Shown piece after piece: positions 44,601 to 58,900 of a stretch of DNA of 64,000 nt. Within the stretch, counting starts at the first letter, position 1. Each line of letters starts with the position of its first letter. The position numbers and the translations under genes were made by a program. Source of the DNA: Auanema rhodensis (Eukaryota; Animalia; Nematoda); NCBI GenBank assembly GCA_964057225.1, contig OZ059900.1:8742001-8806000 (forward strand). Reading direction: 5' to 3'. The notes below the pieces were generated by a model that ran no database searches, was not told the DNA's origin, and saw only the letters and a list, made by a program, of their open reading frames with translations.

Positions 44601-47600
44601 TGAACATATATATGTAAAAATAGTCAAAGTTTATGAATCCTGAATTTCAAATCCATATCTCAAAGGGTCTGATCAAAACATACAGTTTTCACATGTTTTG
44701 TACCCAAAATCGTTGAATATATGGCGTTTTGAGCATAAAAAGGCCCATATTTCAATCAGTTTTGATATTCGTGCAAAATACACCTATATAAACATTCTTT
44801 GACAGTATTTCATACATTTAGTCGTTTTAGAAGAAAAAAATATGCTTAAGATCAAAAGTTTGACTGATTTTGCCAAAATGCCCTTCAAACCCCAAAAAAC
44901 CAATAATTCTTGATATTTTCGGTCCTTTTTGACCAAAGTGGTTAAAATTGGACATATATATGTGAAAATAGTCGAAGTTTATGAATCCTGAATTTCAAAT
45001 CCATATCTCAAAGGGTCTGATCAAAACATACAGTTTTCACATGTTTTGTACCCAAAATCGTTGAATATATGGCGTTTTGAGCATAAAAAGGCCCATATTT
45101 CAATCAGTTTTGATATTCGTGCAAAATACACCTATATGAACATTCTATGACAGTATTTCATATATTTAGTCGTTTTAGAAGAAAAAAATATGCTTAAGAT
45201 CAAAAGTTTGACTGATTTAGCCAAAATGCCCTTCAAACCCCAAAAAACCAATAATTCTTGATATTTTCGGTCCTTTTTGACCAAAGTGGTTAAAATTGAA
45301 CATATATATGTAAAAATAGTCAAAGTTTATGAATCCTGAATTTCAAATCCATATCTCAAAGGGTCTGATCAAAACATACAGTTTTCACATGTTTTGTACC
45401 CAAAATCGTTGAATATATGGCGTTTTGAGCATAAAAAGGCCCATATTTCAATCAGTTTTGATATTCGTGCAAAATACACCTATATTAACATTCTATGACA
45501 GTATTTCATACATTTAGTCGTTTTAGAAGAGAAAAATATGCTTAAGATCAAAAGTTTGACTGATTTTGCCAAAATGCCCTTCAATCCCCAAAAAACCAAT
45601 AATTCTTGATATTTTCGGTCCTTTTTGACCAAAGTGGTTAAAATTGGACATATATATGTAAAAATAGTCAAAGTTTATGAATCCTGAATTTCAAATCCAT
45701 ATCTCAAAGGGTCTGATCAAAACATACAGTTTTCACATGTTTTGTACCCAAAATCGTTGAATATATGGCGTTTTGAGCATAAAAAGGCCCATATTTCAAT
45801 CAGTTTTGATATTCGTGCAAAATACACCTATATCAACATTCTTTGACAGTATTTCATACATTTAGTCGTTTTAGAAGAAAAAAATATGCTTAAGATCAAA
45901 AGTTTGACTGATTTTGCCAAAATGCCCTTCAAACCCCAAAAAACCAATAATTCTTGATATTTTCGGTCCTTTTTGACCAAAGTGGTTAAAATTGGACATA
46001 TATATGTGAAAATAGTCGAAGTTTATGAATCCTGAATTTCAAATCCATATCTCAAAGGGTCTGATCAAAACATACAGTTTTCACATGTTTTGTACCCAAA
46101 ATCGTTGAATATATGGCGTTTTGAGCATAAAAAGGCCCATATTTCAATCAGTTTTGATATTCGTGCAAAATACACCTATATGAACATTCTATGACAGTAT
46201 TTCATATATTTAGTCGTTTTAGAAGAAAAAAATATGCTTAAGATCAAAAGTTTGACTGATTTAGCCAAAATGCCCTTCAAACCCCAAAAAACCAATAATT
46301 CTTGATATTTTCGGTCCTTTTTGACCAAAGTGGTTAAAATTGAACATATATATGTAAAAATAGTCAAAGTTTATGAATCCTGAATTTCAAATCCATATCT
46401 CAAAGGGTCTGATCAAAACATACAGTTTTCACATGTTTTGTACCCAAAATCGTTGAATATATGGCGTTTTGAGCATAAAAAGGCCCATATTTCAATCAGT
46501 TTTGATATTCGTGCAAAATACACCTATATCAACATTCTATGACAGTATTTCATACATTTAGTCGTTTTAGAAGAGAAAAATATGCTTAAGATCAAAAGTT
46601 TGACTGATTTTGCCAAAATGCCCTTCAATCCCCAAAAAACCAATAATTCTTGATATTTTCGGTCCTTTTTGACCAAAGTGGTTAAAACTGAACATATATA
46701 TGTAAAAATAGTCAAAGTTTATGAATCCTGAATTTCAAATCCATATCTCAAAGGGTCTGATCAAAACATACAGTTTTCACATGTTTTGTACCCAAAATCG
46801 TTGAATATATGGCGTTTTGAGCATAAAAAGGCCCATATTTCAATCAGTTTTGATATTCGTGCAAAATACACCTATATCAACATTCTTTGACAGTATTTCA
46901 TACATTTAGTCGTTTTAGAAGAAAAAAATATGCTTAAGATCAAAAGTTTGACTGATTTTGCCAAAATGCCTTTCAATCCCCAAAAAACCAATAATTCTTG
47001 ATATTTTCGGTCCTTTTTGACCAAAGTGGTTAAAATTGGACATATATATGTGAAAATAGTCGAAGTTTATGAATCCTGAATTTCAAATCCATATCTCAAA
47101 GGGTCTGATCAAAACATACAGTATTCACATGTTTTGTACCCAAAATCGTTGAATATATGGCGTTTTGAGCATAAAAAGGCCCATATTTCAATCAGTTTTG
47201 ATATTCGTGCAAAATACACCTATATGAACATTCTATGACAGTATTTCATACATTTAGTCGTTTTAGAAGAAAAAAATATGCTTAAGATCAAAAGTTTGAC
47301 TGATTTAGCCAAAATGTCCTTCAAACCCCAAAAAACCAATAATTCTTGATATTTTCGGTCCTTTTTGACCAAAGTGGTTAAAATTGAACATATATCTGTG
47401 AAAATAGTCAAAGTTTATGAATCCTGAATTTCAAATCCATATCTCAAAGGGTCTGATCAAAACATACAGTTTTCACATGTTTTGTACCCAAAATCGTTGA
47501 ATATATGGCGTTTTGAGCATAAAAAGGCCCATATTTCAATCAGTTTCGATATTCGTGCAAAATACACCTATATCAACATTCTATGACAGTATTCCATACA

Positions 47601-47915
47601 TTTAGTCGTTTTAGAAGAAAAAAATATGCTTAAGATCAAAAGTTTGACTGATTTTGCCAAAATGCCCTTCAATCCCCAAAAAACCAATAATTCTTGATAT
47701 TTTCGGTCCTTTTTGACCAAAGTGGTTAAAATTGGACATATATATGTAAAAATAGTCAAAGTTTATGAATCCTGAATTTCAAATCCATATCTCAAAGGGT
47801 CTGATCAAAACATACAGTTTTCACATGTTTTGTACCCAAAATCGTTGAATATATGGCGTTTTGAGCATAAAAAGGCCCATATTTCAATCAGTTTTGATAT
47901 TCGTGCAAAATACAC
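41652..47915. repeat. Tandem duplication of a 9-monomer unit (3132 bp x2)
   Basis: The ORF-variant order at 42000, 42348, 43044, 43392, 44088 and 44436 recurs at 45132, 45480, 46176, 46524, 47220 and 47568. cagtattcac occurs at 43991 and 47123. Confidence 0.88.
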
Positions 47916-50900
47916 CTATATGAACATTCTTTGACAGTATTTCATACATTTAGTCGTTTTAGAAGAAAAAAATATGCTTAAGATCAAAAGTTTGACTGAT
48001 TTAGCCAAAATGCCCTTCAATCCCCAAAAAACCAATAATTCTTGATATTTTCGGTCCTTTTTGACCAAAGTGGTTAAAATTGGACATATATATGTAAAAA
48101 TAGTCGAAGTTTATGAATCCTGAATTTCAAATCCATATCTCAAAGGGTCTGATCAAAACATACAGTTTTCACATGTTTTGTACCCAAAATCGTTGAATAT
48201 ATGGCGTTTTGAGCATAAAAAGGCCCATATTTCAATCAGTTTTGATATTCGTGCAAAATACACCTATATCAACATTCTTTGACAGTATTTCATACATTTA
48301 GTCGTTTTAGAAGAAAAAAATATGCTTAAGATCAAAAGTTTGACTGATTTTGCCAAAATGCCTTTCAATCCCCAAAAAACCAATAATTCTTGATATTTTC
48401 GGTCCTTTTTGACCAAAGTGGTTAAAATTGGACATAAATATGTAAAATTAGTCAAAGTTTATGAATCCTGAATTTCAAATCCATATCTCAAAGGGTCTGA
48501 TCAAAACATACAGTTTTCACATGTTTTGTACCCAAAATCGTTGAATATATGGCGTTTTGAGCATAAAAAGGCCCATATTTCAATCAGTTTCGATATTCGT
48601 GCAAAATACACCTATATGAACATTCTATGACAGTATTTCATACATTTAGTCGTTTTAGAAGAAAAAAATATGCTTAAGATCAAAAGTTTGACTGATTTTG
48701 CCAAAATGCCTTTCAATCCCCAAAAAACCAATAATTCTTGATATTTTCGGTCCTTTTTGACCAAAGTGGTTAAAATTGTACATATATATGTGAAAATAGT
48801 CAAAGTTTATGAATCCTGAATTTCAAATCCATATCTCAAAGGGTCTGATCAAAACATACAGTTTTCACATGTTTTGTACCCAAAATCGTTGAATATATGG
48901 CGTTTTGAGCATAAAAAGGCCCATATTTCAATCAGTTTTGATATTCGTGCAAAATACACCTATATCAACATTCTATGACAGTATTTCATACATTTAGTCG
49001 TTTTAGAAGAGAAAAATATGCTTAAGATCAAAAGTTTGACTGATTTTGCCAAAATGCCCTTCAATCCCCAAAAAACCAATAATTCTTGATATTTTCGGTC
49101 CTTTTTGACCAAAGTGGTTAAAATTGAACATATATATGTAAAAATAGTCAAAGTTTATGAATCCTGAATTTCAAATCCATATCTCAAAGGGTCTGATCAA
49201 AACATACAGTTTTCACATGTTTTGTACCCAAAATCGTTGAATATATGGCGTTTTGAGCATAAAAAGGCCCATATTTCAATCAGTTTTGATATTCGTGCAA
49301 AATACACCTATATCAACATTCTTTGACAGTATTTCATACATTTAGTCGTTTTAGAAGAAAAAAATATGCTTAAGATCAAAAGTTTGACTGATTTTGCCAA
49401 AATGCCTTTCAATCCCCAAAAAACCAATAATTCTTGATATTTTCGGTCCTTTTTGACCAAAGTGGTTAAAATTGGACATATATATGTGAAAATAGTCGAA
49501 GTTTATGAATCCTGAATTTCAAATCCATATCTCAAAGGGTCTGATCAAAACATACAGTATTCACATGTTTTGTACCCAAAATCGTTGAATATATGGCGTT
49601 TTGAGCATAAAAAGGCCCATATTTCAATCAGTTTTGATATTCGTGCAAAATACACCTATATGAACATTCTATGACAGTATTTCATACATTTAGTCGTTTT
49701 AGAAGAAAAAAATATGCTTAAGATCAAAAGTTTGACTGATTTAGCCAAAATGTCCTTCAAACCCCAAAAAACCAATAATTCTTGATATTTTCGGTCCTTT
49801 TTGACCAAAGTGGTTAAAATTGAACATATATCTGTGAAAATAGTCAAAGTTTATGAATCCTGAATTTCAAATCCATATCTCAAAGGGTCTGATCAAAACA
49901 TACAGTTTTCACATGTTTTGTACCCAAAATCGTTGAATATATGGCGTTTTGAGCATAAAAAGGCCCATATTTCAATCAGTTTCGATATTCGTGCAAAATA
50001 CACCTATATCAACATTCTATGACAGTATTCCATACATTTAGTCGTTTTAGAAGAAAAAAATATGCTTAAGATCAAAAGTTTGACTGATTTTGCCAAAATG
50101 CCCTTCAATCCCCAAAAAACCAATAATTCTTGATATTTTCGGTCCTTTTTGACCAAAGTGGTTAAAATTGAACATATATATGTAAAAATAGTCAAAGTTT
50201 ATGAATCCTGAATTTCAAATCCATATCTCAAAGGGTCTGATCAAAACATACAGTTTTCACATGTTTTGTACCCAAAATCGTTGAATATATGGCGTTTTGA
50301 GCATAAAAAGGCCCATATTTCAATCAGTTTTGATATTCGTGCAAAATACACCTATATGAACATTCTTTGACAGTATTTCATACATTTAGTCGTTTTAGAA
50401 GAAAAAAATATGCTTAAGATCAAAAGTTTGACTGATTTAGCCAAAATGCCCTTCAATCCCCAAAAAACCAATAATTCTTGATATTTTCGGTCCTTTTTGA
50501 CCAAAGTGGTTAAAATTGGACATATATATGTAAAAATAGTCAAAGTTTATGAATCCTGAATTTCAAATCCATATCTCAAAGGGTCTGATCAAAACATACA
50601 GTTTTCACATGTTTTGTACCCAAAATCGTTGAATATATGGCGTTTTGAGCATAAAAAGGCCCATATTTCAATCAGTTTTGATATTCGTGCAAAATACACC
50701 TATATCAACATTCTTTGACAGTATTTCATACATTTAGTCGTTTTAGAAGAAAAAAATATGCTTAAGATCAAAAGTTTGACTGATTTTGCCAAAATGCCTT
50801 TCAATCCCCAAAAAACCAATAATTCTTGATATTTTCGGTCCTTTTTGACCAAAGTGGTTAAAATTGGACATAAATATGTAAAATTAGTCAAAGTTTATGA

Positions 50901-53900
50901 ATCCTGAATTTCAAATCCATATCTCAAAGGGTCTGATCAAAACATACAGTTTTCACATGTTTTGTACCCAAAATCGTTGAATATATGGCGTTTTGAGCAT
51001 AAAAAGGCCCATATTTCAATCAGTTTCGATATTCGTGCAAAATACACCTATATGAACATTCTATGACAGTATTTCATATATTTAGTCGTTTTAGAAGAAA
51101 AAAATATGCTTAAGATCAAAAGTTTGACTGATTTTGCCAAAATGCCTTTCAATCCCCAAAAAACCAATAATTCTTGATATTTTCGGTCCTTTTTGACCAA
51201 AGTGGTTAAAATTGAACATATATATGTAAAAATAGTCAAAGTTTATGAATCCTGAATTTCAAATCCATATCTCAAAGGGTCTGATCAAAACATACAGTTT
51301 TCACATGTTTTGTACCCAAAATCGTTGAATATATGGCGTTTTGAGCATAAAAAGGCCCATATTTCAATCAGTTTTGATATTCGTGCAAAATACACCTATA
51401 TCAACATTCTTTGACAGTATTTCATACATTTAGTCGTTTTAGAAGAAAAAAATATGCTTAAGATCAAAAGTTTGACTGATTTTGCCAAAATGCCTTTCAA
51501 TCCCCAAAAAACCAATAATTCTTGATATTTTCGGTCCTTTTTGACCAAAGTGGTTAAAATTGGACATATATATGTGAAAATAGTCGAAGTTTATGAATCC
51601 TGAATTTCAAATCCATATCTCAAAGGGTCTGATCAAAACATACAGTATTCACATGTTTTGTACCCAAAATCGTTGAATATATGGCGTTTTGAGCATAAAA
51701 AGGCCCATATTTCAATCAGTTTTGATATTCGTGCAAAATACACCTATATGAACATTCTATGACAGTATTTCATACATTTAGTCGTTTTAGAAGAAAAAAA
51801 TATGCTTAAGATCAAAAGTTTGACTGATTTAGCCAAAATGTCCTTCAAACCCCAAAAAACCAATAATTCTTGATATTTTCGGTCCTTTTTGACCAAAGTG
51901 GTTAAAATTGAACATATATCTGTGAAAATAGTCAAAGTTTATGAATCCTGAATTTCAAATCCATATCTCAAAGGGTCTGATCAAAACATACAGTTTTCAC
52001 ATGTTTTGTACCCAAAATCGTTGAATATATGGCGTTTTGAGCATAAAAAGGCCCATATTTCAATCAGTTTCGATATTCGTGCAAAATACACCTATATCAA
52101 CATTCTATGACAGTATTCCATACATTTAGTCGTTTTAGAAGAAAAAAATATGCTTAAGATCAAAAGTTTGACTGATTTTGCCAAAATGCCCTTCAATCCC
52201 CAAAAAACCAATAATTCTTGATATTTTCGGTCCTTTTTGACCAAAGTGGTTAAAATTGAACATATATATGTAAAAATAGTCAAAGTTTATGAATCCTGAA
52301 TTTCAAATCCATATCTCAAAGGGTCTGATCAAAACATACAGTTTTCACATGTTTTGTACCCAAAATCGTTGAATATATGGCGTTTTGAGCATAAAAAGGC
52401 CCATATTTCAATCAGTTTTGATATTCGTGCAAAATACACCTATATGAACATTCTTTGACAGTATTTCATACATTTAGTCGTTTTAGAAGAAAAAAATATG
52501 CTTAAGATCAAAAGTTTGACTGATTTAGCCAAAATGCCCTTCAATCCCCAAAAAACCAATAATTCTTGATATTTTCGGTCCTTTTTGACCAAAGTGGTTA
52601 AAATTGGACATATATATGTAAAAATAGTCAAAGTTTATGAATCCTGAATTTCAAATCCATATCTCAAAGGGTCTGATCAAAACATACAGTTTTCACATGT
52701 TTTGTACCCAAAATCGTTGAATATATGGCGTTTTGAGCATAAAAAGGCCCATATTTCAATCAGTTTTGATATTCGTGCAAAATACACCTATATCAACATT
52801 CTTTGACAGTATTTCATACATTTAGTCGTTTTAGAAGAAAAAAATATGCTTAAGATCAAAAGTTTGACTGATTTTGCCAAAATGCCTTTCAATCCCCAAA
52901 AAACCAATAATTCTTGATATTTTCGGTCCTTTTTGACCAAAGTGGTTAAAATTGGACATAAATATGTAAAATTAGTCAAAGTTTATGAATCCTGAATTTC
53001 AAATCCATATCTCAAAGGGTCTGATCAAAACATACAGTTTTCACATGTTTTGTACCCAAAATCGTTGAATATATGGCGTTTTGAGCATAAAAAGGCCCAT
53101 ATTTCAATCAGTTTCGATATTCGTGCAAAATACACCTATATGAACTTTCTATGACAGTATTTCATACATTTAGTCGTTTTAGAAGAAAAAAATATGCTTA
53201 AGATCAAAAGTTTGACTGATTTTGCCAAAATGCCTTTCAATCCCCAAAAAACCAATAATTCTTGATATTTTCGGTCCTTTTTGACCAAAGTGGTTAAAAT
53301 TGTACATATATATGTGAAAATAGTCAAAGTTTATGAATCCTGAATTTCAAATCCATATCTCAAAGGGTCTGATCAAAACATACAGTTTTCACATGTTTTG
53401 TACCCAAAATCGTTGAATATATGGCGTTTTGAGCATAAAAAGGCCCATATTTCAATCAGTTTTGATATTCGTGCAAAATACACCTATATCAACATTCTAT
53501 GACAGTATTTCATACATTTGGTCGTTTTAGAAGAAAAAAATATGCTTAAGATCAAAAGTTTGACTGATTTAGCCAAAATGCCCTTCAATCCCCAAAAAAC
53601 CAATAATTCTTGATATTTTCGGTCCTTTTTGACCAAAGTGGTTAAAATTGGACATATATATGTAAAAATAGTCAAAGTTTATGAATCCTGAATTTCAAAT
53701 CCATATCTCAAAGGGTCTGATCAAAACATACAGTTTTCACATGTTTTGTACCCAAAATCGTTGAATATATGGCGTTTTGAGCATAAAAAGGCCCATATTT
53801 CAATCAGTTTTGATATTCGTGCAAAATACACCTATATCAACATTCTTTGACAGTATTTCATACATTTAGTCGTTTTAGAAGAAAAAAATATGCTTAAGAT

Positions 53901-55919
53901 CAAAAGTTTGACTGATTTTGCCAAAATGCCTTTCAATCCCCAAAAAACCAATAATTCTTGATATTTTCGGTCCTTTTTGACCAAAGTGGTTAAAATTGGA
54001 CATATATATGTGAAAATAGTCGAAGTTTATGAATCCTGAATTTCAAATCCATATCTCAAAGGGTCTGATCAAAACATACAGTTTTCACATGTTTTGTACC
54101 CAAAATCGTTGAATATATGGCGTTTTGAGCATAAAAAGGCCCATATTTCAATCAGTTTTGATATTCGTGCAAAATACACCTATATGAACATTCTATGACA
54201 GTATTTCATACATTTAGTCGTTTTAGAAGAAAAAAATATGCTTAAGATCAAAAGTTTGACTGATTTAGCCAAAATGTCCTTCAAACCCCAAAAAACCAAT
54301 AATTCTTGATATTTTCGGTCCTTTTTGACCAAAGTGGTTAAAATTGAACATATATCTGTGAAAATAGTCAAAGTTTATGAATCCTGAATTTCAAATCCAT
54401 ATCTCAAAGGGTCTGATCAAAACATACAGTTTTCACATGTTTTGTACCCAAAATCGTTGAATATATGGCGTTTTGAGCATAAAAAGGCCCATATTTCAAT
54501 CAGTTTCGATATTCGTGCAAAATACACCTATATCAACATTCTATGACAGTATTCCATACATTTAGTCGTTTTAGAAGAAAAAAATATGCTTAAGATCAAA
54601 AGTTTGACTGATTTTGCCAAAATGCCCTTCAATCCCCAAAAAACCAATAATTCTTGATATTTTCGGTCCTTTTTGACCAAAGTGGTTAAAATTGAACATA
54701 TATATGTAAAAATAGTCAAAGTTTATGAATCCTGAATTTCAAATCCATATCTCAAAGGGTCTGATCAAAACATACAGTTTTCACATGTTTTGTACCCAAA
54801 ATCGTTGAATATATGGCGTTTTGAGCATAAAAAGGCCCATATTTCAATCAGTTTTGATATTCGTGCAAAATACACCTATATGAACATTCTTTGACAGTAT
54901 TTCATACATTTAGTCGTTTTAGAAGAAAAAAATATGCTTAAGATCAAAAGTTTGACTGATTTTGCCAAAATGCCCTTCAAACCCCAAAAAACCAATAATT
55001 CTTGATATTTTCGGTCCTTTTCGACCAAAGTGGTTAAAATTGGACATATATATGTAAAAATAGTCAAAGTTTATGAATCCTGAATTTCAAATCCATATCT
55101 CAAAGGGTCTGATCAAAACATACAGTTTTCACATGTTTTGTACCCAAAATCGTTGAATATTTGGCGTTTTGAGCATAAAAAGGCCCATATTTCAATCAGT
55201 TTTGATATTCGTGCAAAATACACCTATATGAACATTCTATGACAGTATTTCATACATTTAGTCGTTTTAGAAGAAAAAAATATGCTTAAGATCAAAAGTT
55301 TGACTGATTTTGCCAAAATGCCCTTCAAACCCCAAAAAACCAATAATTCTTGATATTTTCGGTCCTTTTTGACCAAAGTGGTTAAAATTGGACATAAATA
55401 TGTAAAATTAGTCAAAGTTTATGAATCCTGAATTTCAAATCCATATCTCAAAGGGTCTGATCAAAACATACAGTTTTCACATGTTTTGTACCCAAAATCG
55501 TTGAATATATGGCGTTTTGAGCATAAAAAGGCCCATATTTCAATCAGTTTCGATATTCGTGCAAAATACACCTATATCAACATTCTATGACAGTATTTCA
55601 TACATTTAGTCGTTTTAGAAGAAAAAAATATGCTTAAGATCAAAAGTTTGACTGATTTTGCCAAAATGCCTTTCAATCCCCAAAAAACCAATAATTCTTG
55701 ATATTTTCGGTCCTTTTTGACCAAAGTGGTTAAAATTGTACATATATATGTGAAAATAGTCGAAGTTTATGAATCCTGAATTTCAAATCCATATCTCAAA
55801 GGGTCTGATCAAAACATACAGTTTTCACATGTTTTGTACCCAAAATCGTTGAATATATGGCGTTTTGAGCATAAAAAGGCCCATATTTCAATCAGTTTTG
55901 ATATTCGTGCAAAATACAC
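46524..55919. repeat. Higher-order repeat of 6-7 monomers, about four iterations
   Basis: atctgtg/tgtcc marker units lie at 47220, 49656, 51744 and 54180 (7, 6 and 7 monomers apart), followed by the same ordered neighbours, including aaattag units at 48264, 50700, 52788 and 55224. Confidence 0.85.
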
Positions 55920-58900
55920 CTATATCAACATTCTATGACAGTATTTCATACATTTGGTCGTTTTAGAAGAAAAAAATATGCTTAAGATCAAAAGTTTGAC
56001 TGATTTAGCCAAAATGCCCTTCAAACCCCAAAAAACCAATAATTCTTGATATTTTCGGTCCTTTTTGACCAAAGTGGTTAAAATTGAACATATATATGTA
56101 AAAATAGTCAAAGTTTATGAATCCTGAATTTCAAATCCATATCTCAAAGGGTCTGATCAAAACATACAGTTTTCACATGTTTTGTACCCAAAATCGTTGA
56201 ATATATGGCGTTTTGAGCATAAAAAGGCCCATATTTCAATCAGTTTTGATATTCGTGCAAAATACACCTATATCAACATTCTATGACAGTATTCCATACA
56301 TTTAGTCGTTTTAGAAGAAAAAAATATGCTTAAGATCAAAAGTTTGACTGATTTAGCCAAAATGCCCTTCAAACCCCAAAAAACCAATAATTCTTGATAT
56401 TTTCGGTCCTTTTTGACCAAAGTGGTTAAAATTGGACATATATATGTAGAAATAGTCGAAGTTTATGAATCCTGAATTTCAAATCCATATCTCAAAGGGT
56501 CTGATCAAAACATACAGTTTTCACATGTTTTGTACCCAAAATCGTTGAATATATGGCGTTTTGAGCATAAAAAGGCCCATATTTCAATCAGTTTTGATAT
56601 TCGTGCAAAATACACCTATATGAACATTCTTTGACAGTATTTCATACATTTAGTCGTTTTAGAAGAAAAAAATATGCTTAAGATCAAAAGTTTGACTGAT
56701 TTTGCCAAAATGCCTTTCAATCCCCAAAAAACCAATAATTCTTGATATTTTCGGTCCTTTTTGACCAAAGTGGTTAAAATTGGACATATATATGTAGAAA
56801 TAGTCGAAGTTTATGAATCCTGAATTTCAAATCCATATCTCAAAGGGTCTGATCAAAACATACAGTTTTCACATGTTTTGTACCCAAAATCGTTGAATAT
56901 ATGGCGTTTTGAGCATAAAAAGGCCCATATTTCAATCAGTTTTGATATTCGTGCAAAATACACCTATATGAACATTCTATGACAGTATTTCATACATTTA
57001 GTCGTTTTAGAAGAAAAAAATATGCTTAAGATCAAAAGTTTGACTGATTTTGCCAAAATGCCCTTCAATCCCCAAAAAACCAATAATTCTTGATATTTTC
57101 GGTCCTTTTTGACCAAAGTGGTTAAAATTGAACATATATATGTAAAAATAGTCAAAGTTTATGAATCCTGAATTTCAAATCCATATCTCAAAGGGTCTGA
57201 TCAAAACATACAGTTTTCACATGTTTTGTACCCAAAATCGTTGAATATATGGCGTTTTGAGCATAAAAAGGCCCATATTTCAATCAGTTTTGATATTCGT
57301 GCAAAATACACCTATATGAACATTCTTTGACAGTATTTCATACATTTAGTCGTTTTAGAAGAAAAAAATATGCTTAAGATCAAAAGTTTGACTGATTTTG
57401 CCAAAATGCCCTTCAAACCCCAAAAAACCAATAATTCTTGATATTTTCGGTCCTTTTTGACGAAAGTGGTTAAAATTGGACATATATATGTAGAAATAGT
57501 CGAAGTTTATGAATCCTGAATTTCAAATCCATATCTCAAAGGGTCTGATCAAAACATACAGTTTTCACATGTTTTGTACCCAAAATCGTTGAATATATGG
57601 CGTTTTGAGCATAAAAAGGCCCATATTTCAATCAGTTTTGATATTCGTGCAAAATACACCTATATGAACATTCTTTGACAGTATTTCATACATTTAGTCG
57701 TTTTAGAAGAAAAAAATTTGCTTAAGATCAAAAGTTTGACTGATTTAGCCAAAATGCCCTTCAAACCCCAAAAAACCAATAATTCTTGATATTTTCGGTC
57801 CTTTTTGACCAAAGTGGTTAAAATTGAACATATATATGTAAAAATAGTCAAAGTTTATGAATCCTGAATTTCAAATCCATATATCAAAGGGTCTGATCAA
57901 AACATACAGTTTTCACATGTTTTGTACCCAAAATCGTTGAATATATGGCGTTTTGAGCATAAAAAGGCCCATATTTCAATCAGTTTCGATATTCGTGCAA
58001 AATACACCTATATCAACATTCTATGACAGTATTCCATACATTTAGTCGTTTTAGAAGAAAAAAATATGCTTAAGATCAAAAGTTTGACTGATTTTGCCAA
58101 AATGCCCTTCAATCCCCAAAAAACCAATAATTCTTGATATTTTCGGTCCTTTTTGACCAAAGTGGTTAAAATTGAACATATATATGTGAAAATAGTCGAA
58201 GTTTATGAATCCTGAATTTCAAATCCATATCTCAAAGGGTCTGATCAAAACATACAGTTTTCACATGTTTTGTACCCAAAATCGTTGAATATATGGCGTT
58301 TTGAGCATAAAAAGGCCCATATTTCAATCAGTTTTGATATTCGTGCAAAATACACCTATATGAACATTCTATGACAGTATTTCATACATTTAGTCGTTTT
58401 AGAAGAAAAAAATATGCTTAAGATCAAAAGTTTGACTGATTTTGCCAAAATGCCCTTCAAACCCCAAAAAACCAATAATTCTTGATATTTTCGATCCTTT
58501 TTGACCAAAGTGGTTAAAATTGGACATAAATATGTAAAATTAGTCAAAGTTTATGAATCCTGAATTTCAAATCCATATCTCAAAGGGTCTGATCAAAACA
58601 TACAGTTTTCACATGTTTTGTACCCAAAATCGTTGAATATATGGCGTTTTGAGCATAAAAAGGCCCATATTTCAATCAGTTTCGATATTCGTGCAAAATA
58701 CACCTATATCAACATTCTATGACAGTATTCCATACATTTAGTCGTTTTAGAAGAAAAAAATATGCTTAAGATCAAAAGTTTGACTGATTTTGCCAAAATG
58801 CCCTTCAATCCCCAAAAAACCAATAATTCTTGATATTTTCGGTCCTTTTTGACCAAAGTGGTTAAAATTGAACATATATATGTAAAAATAGTCAAAGTTT

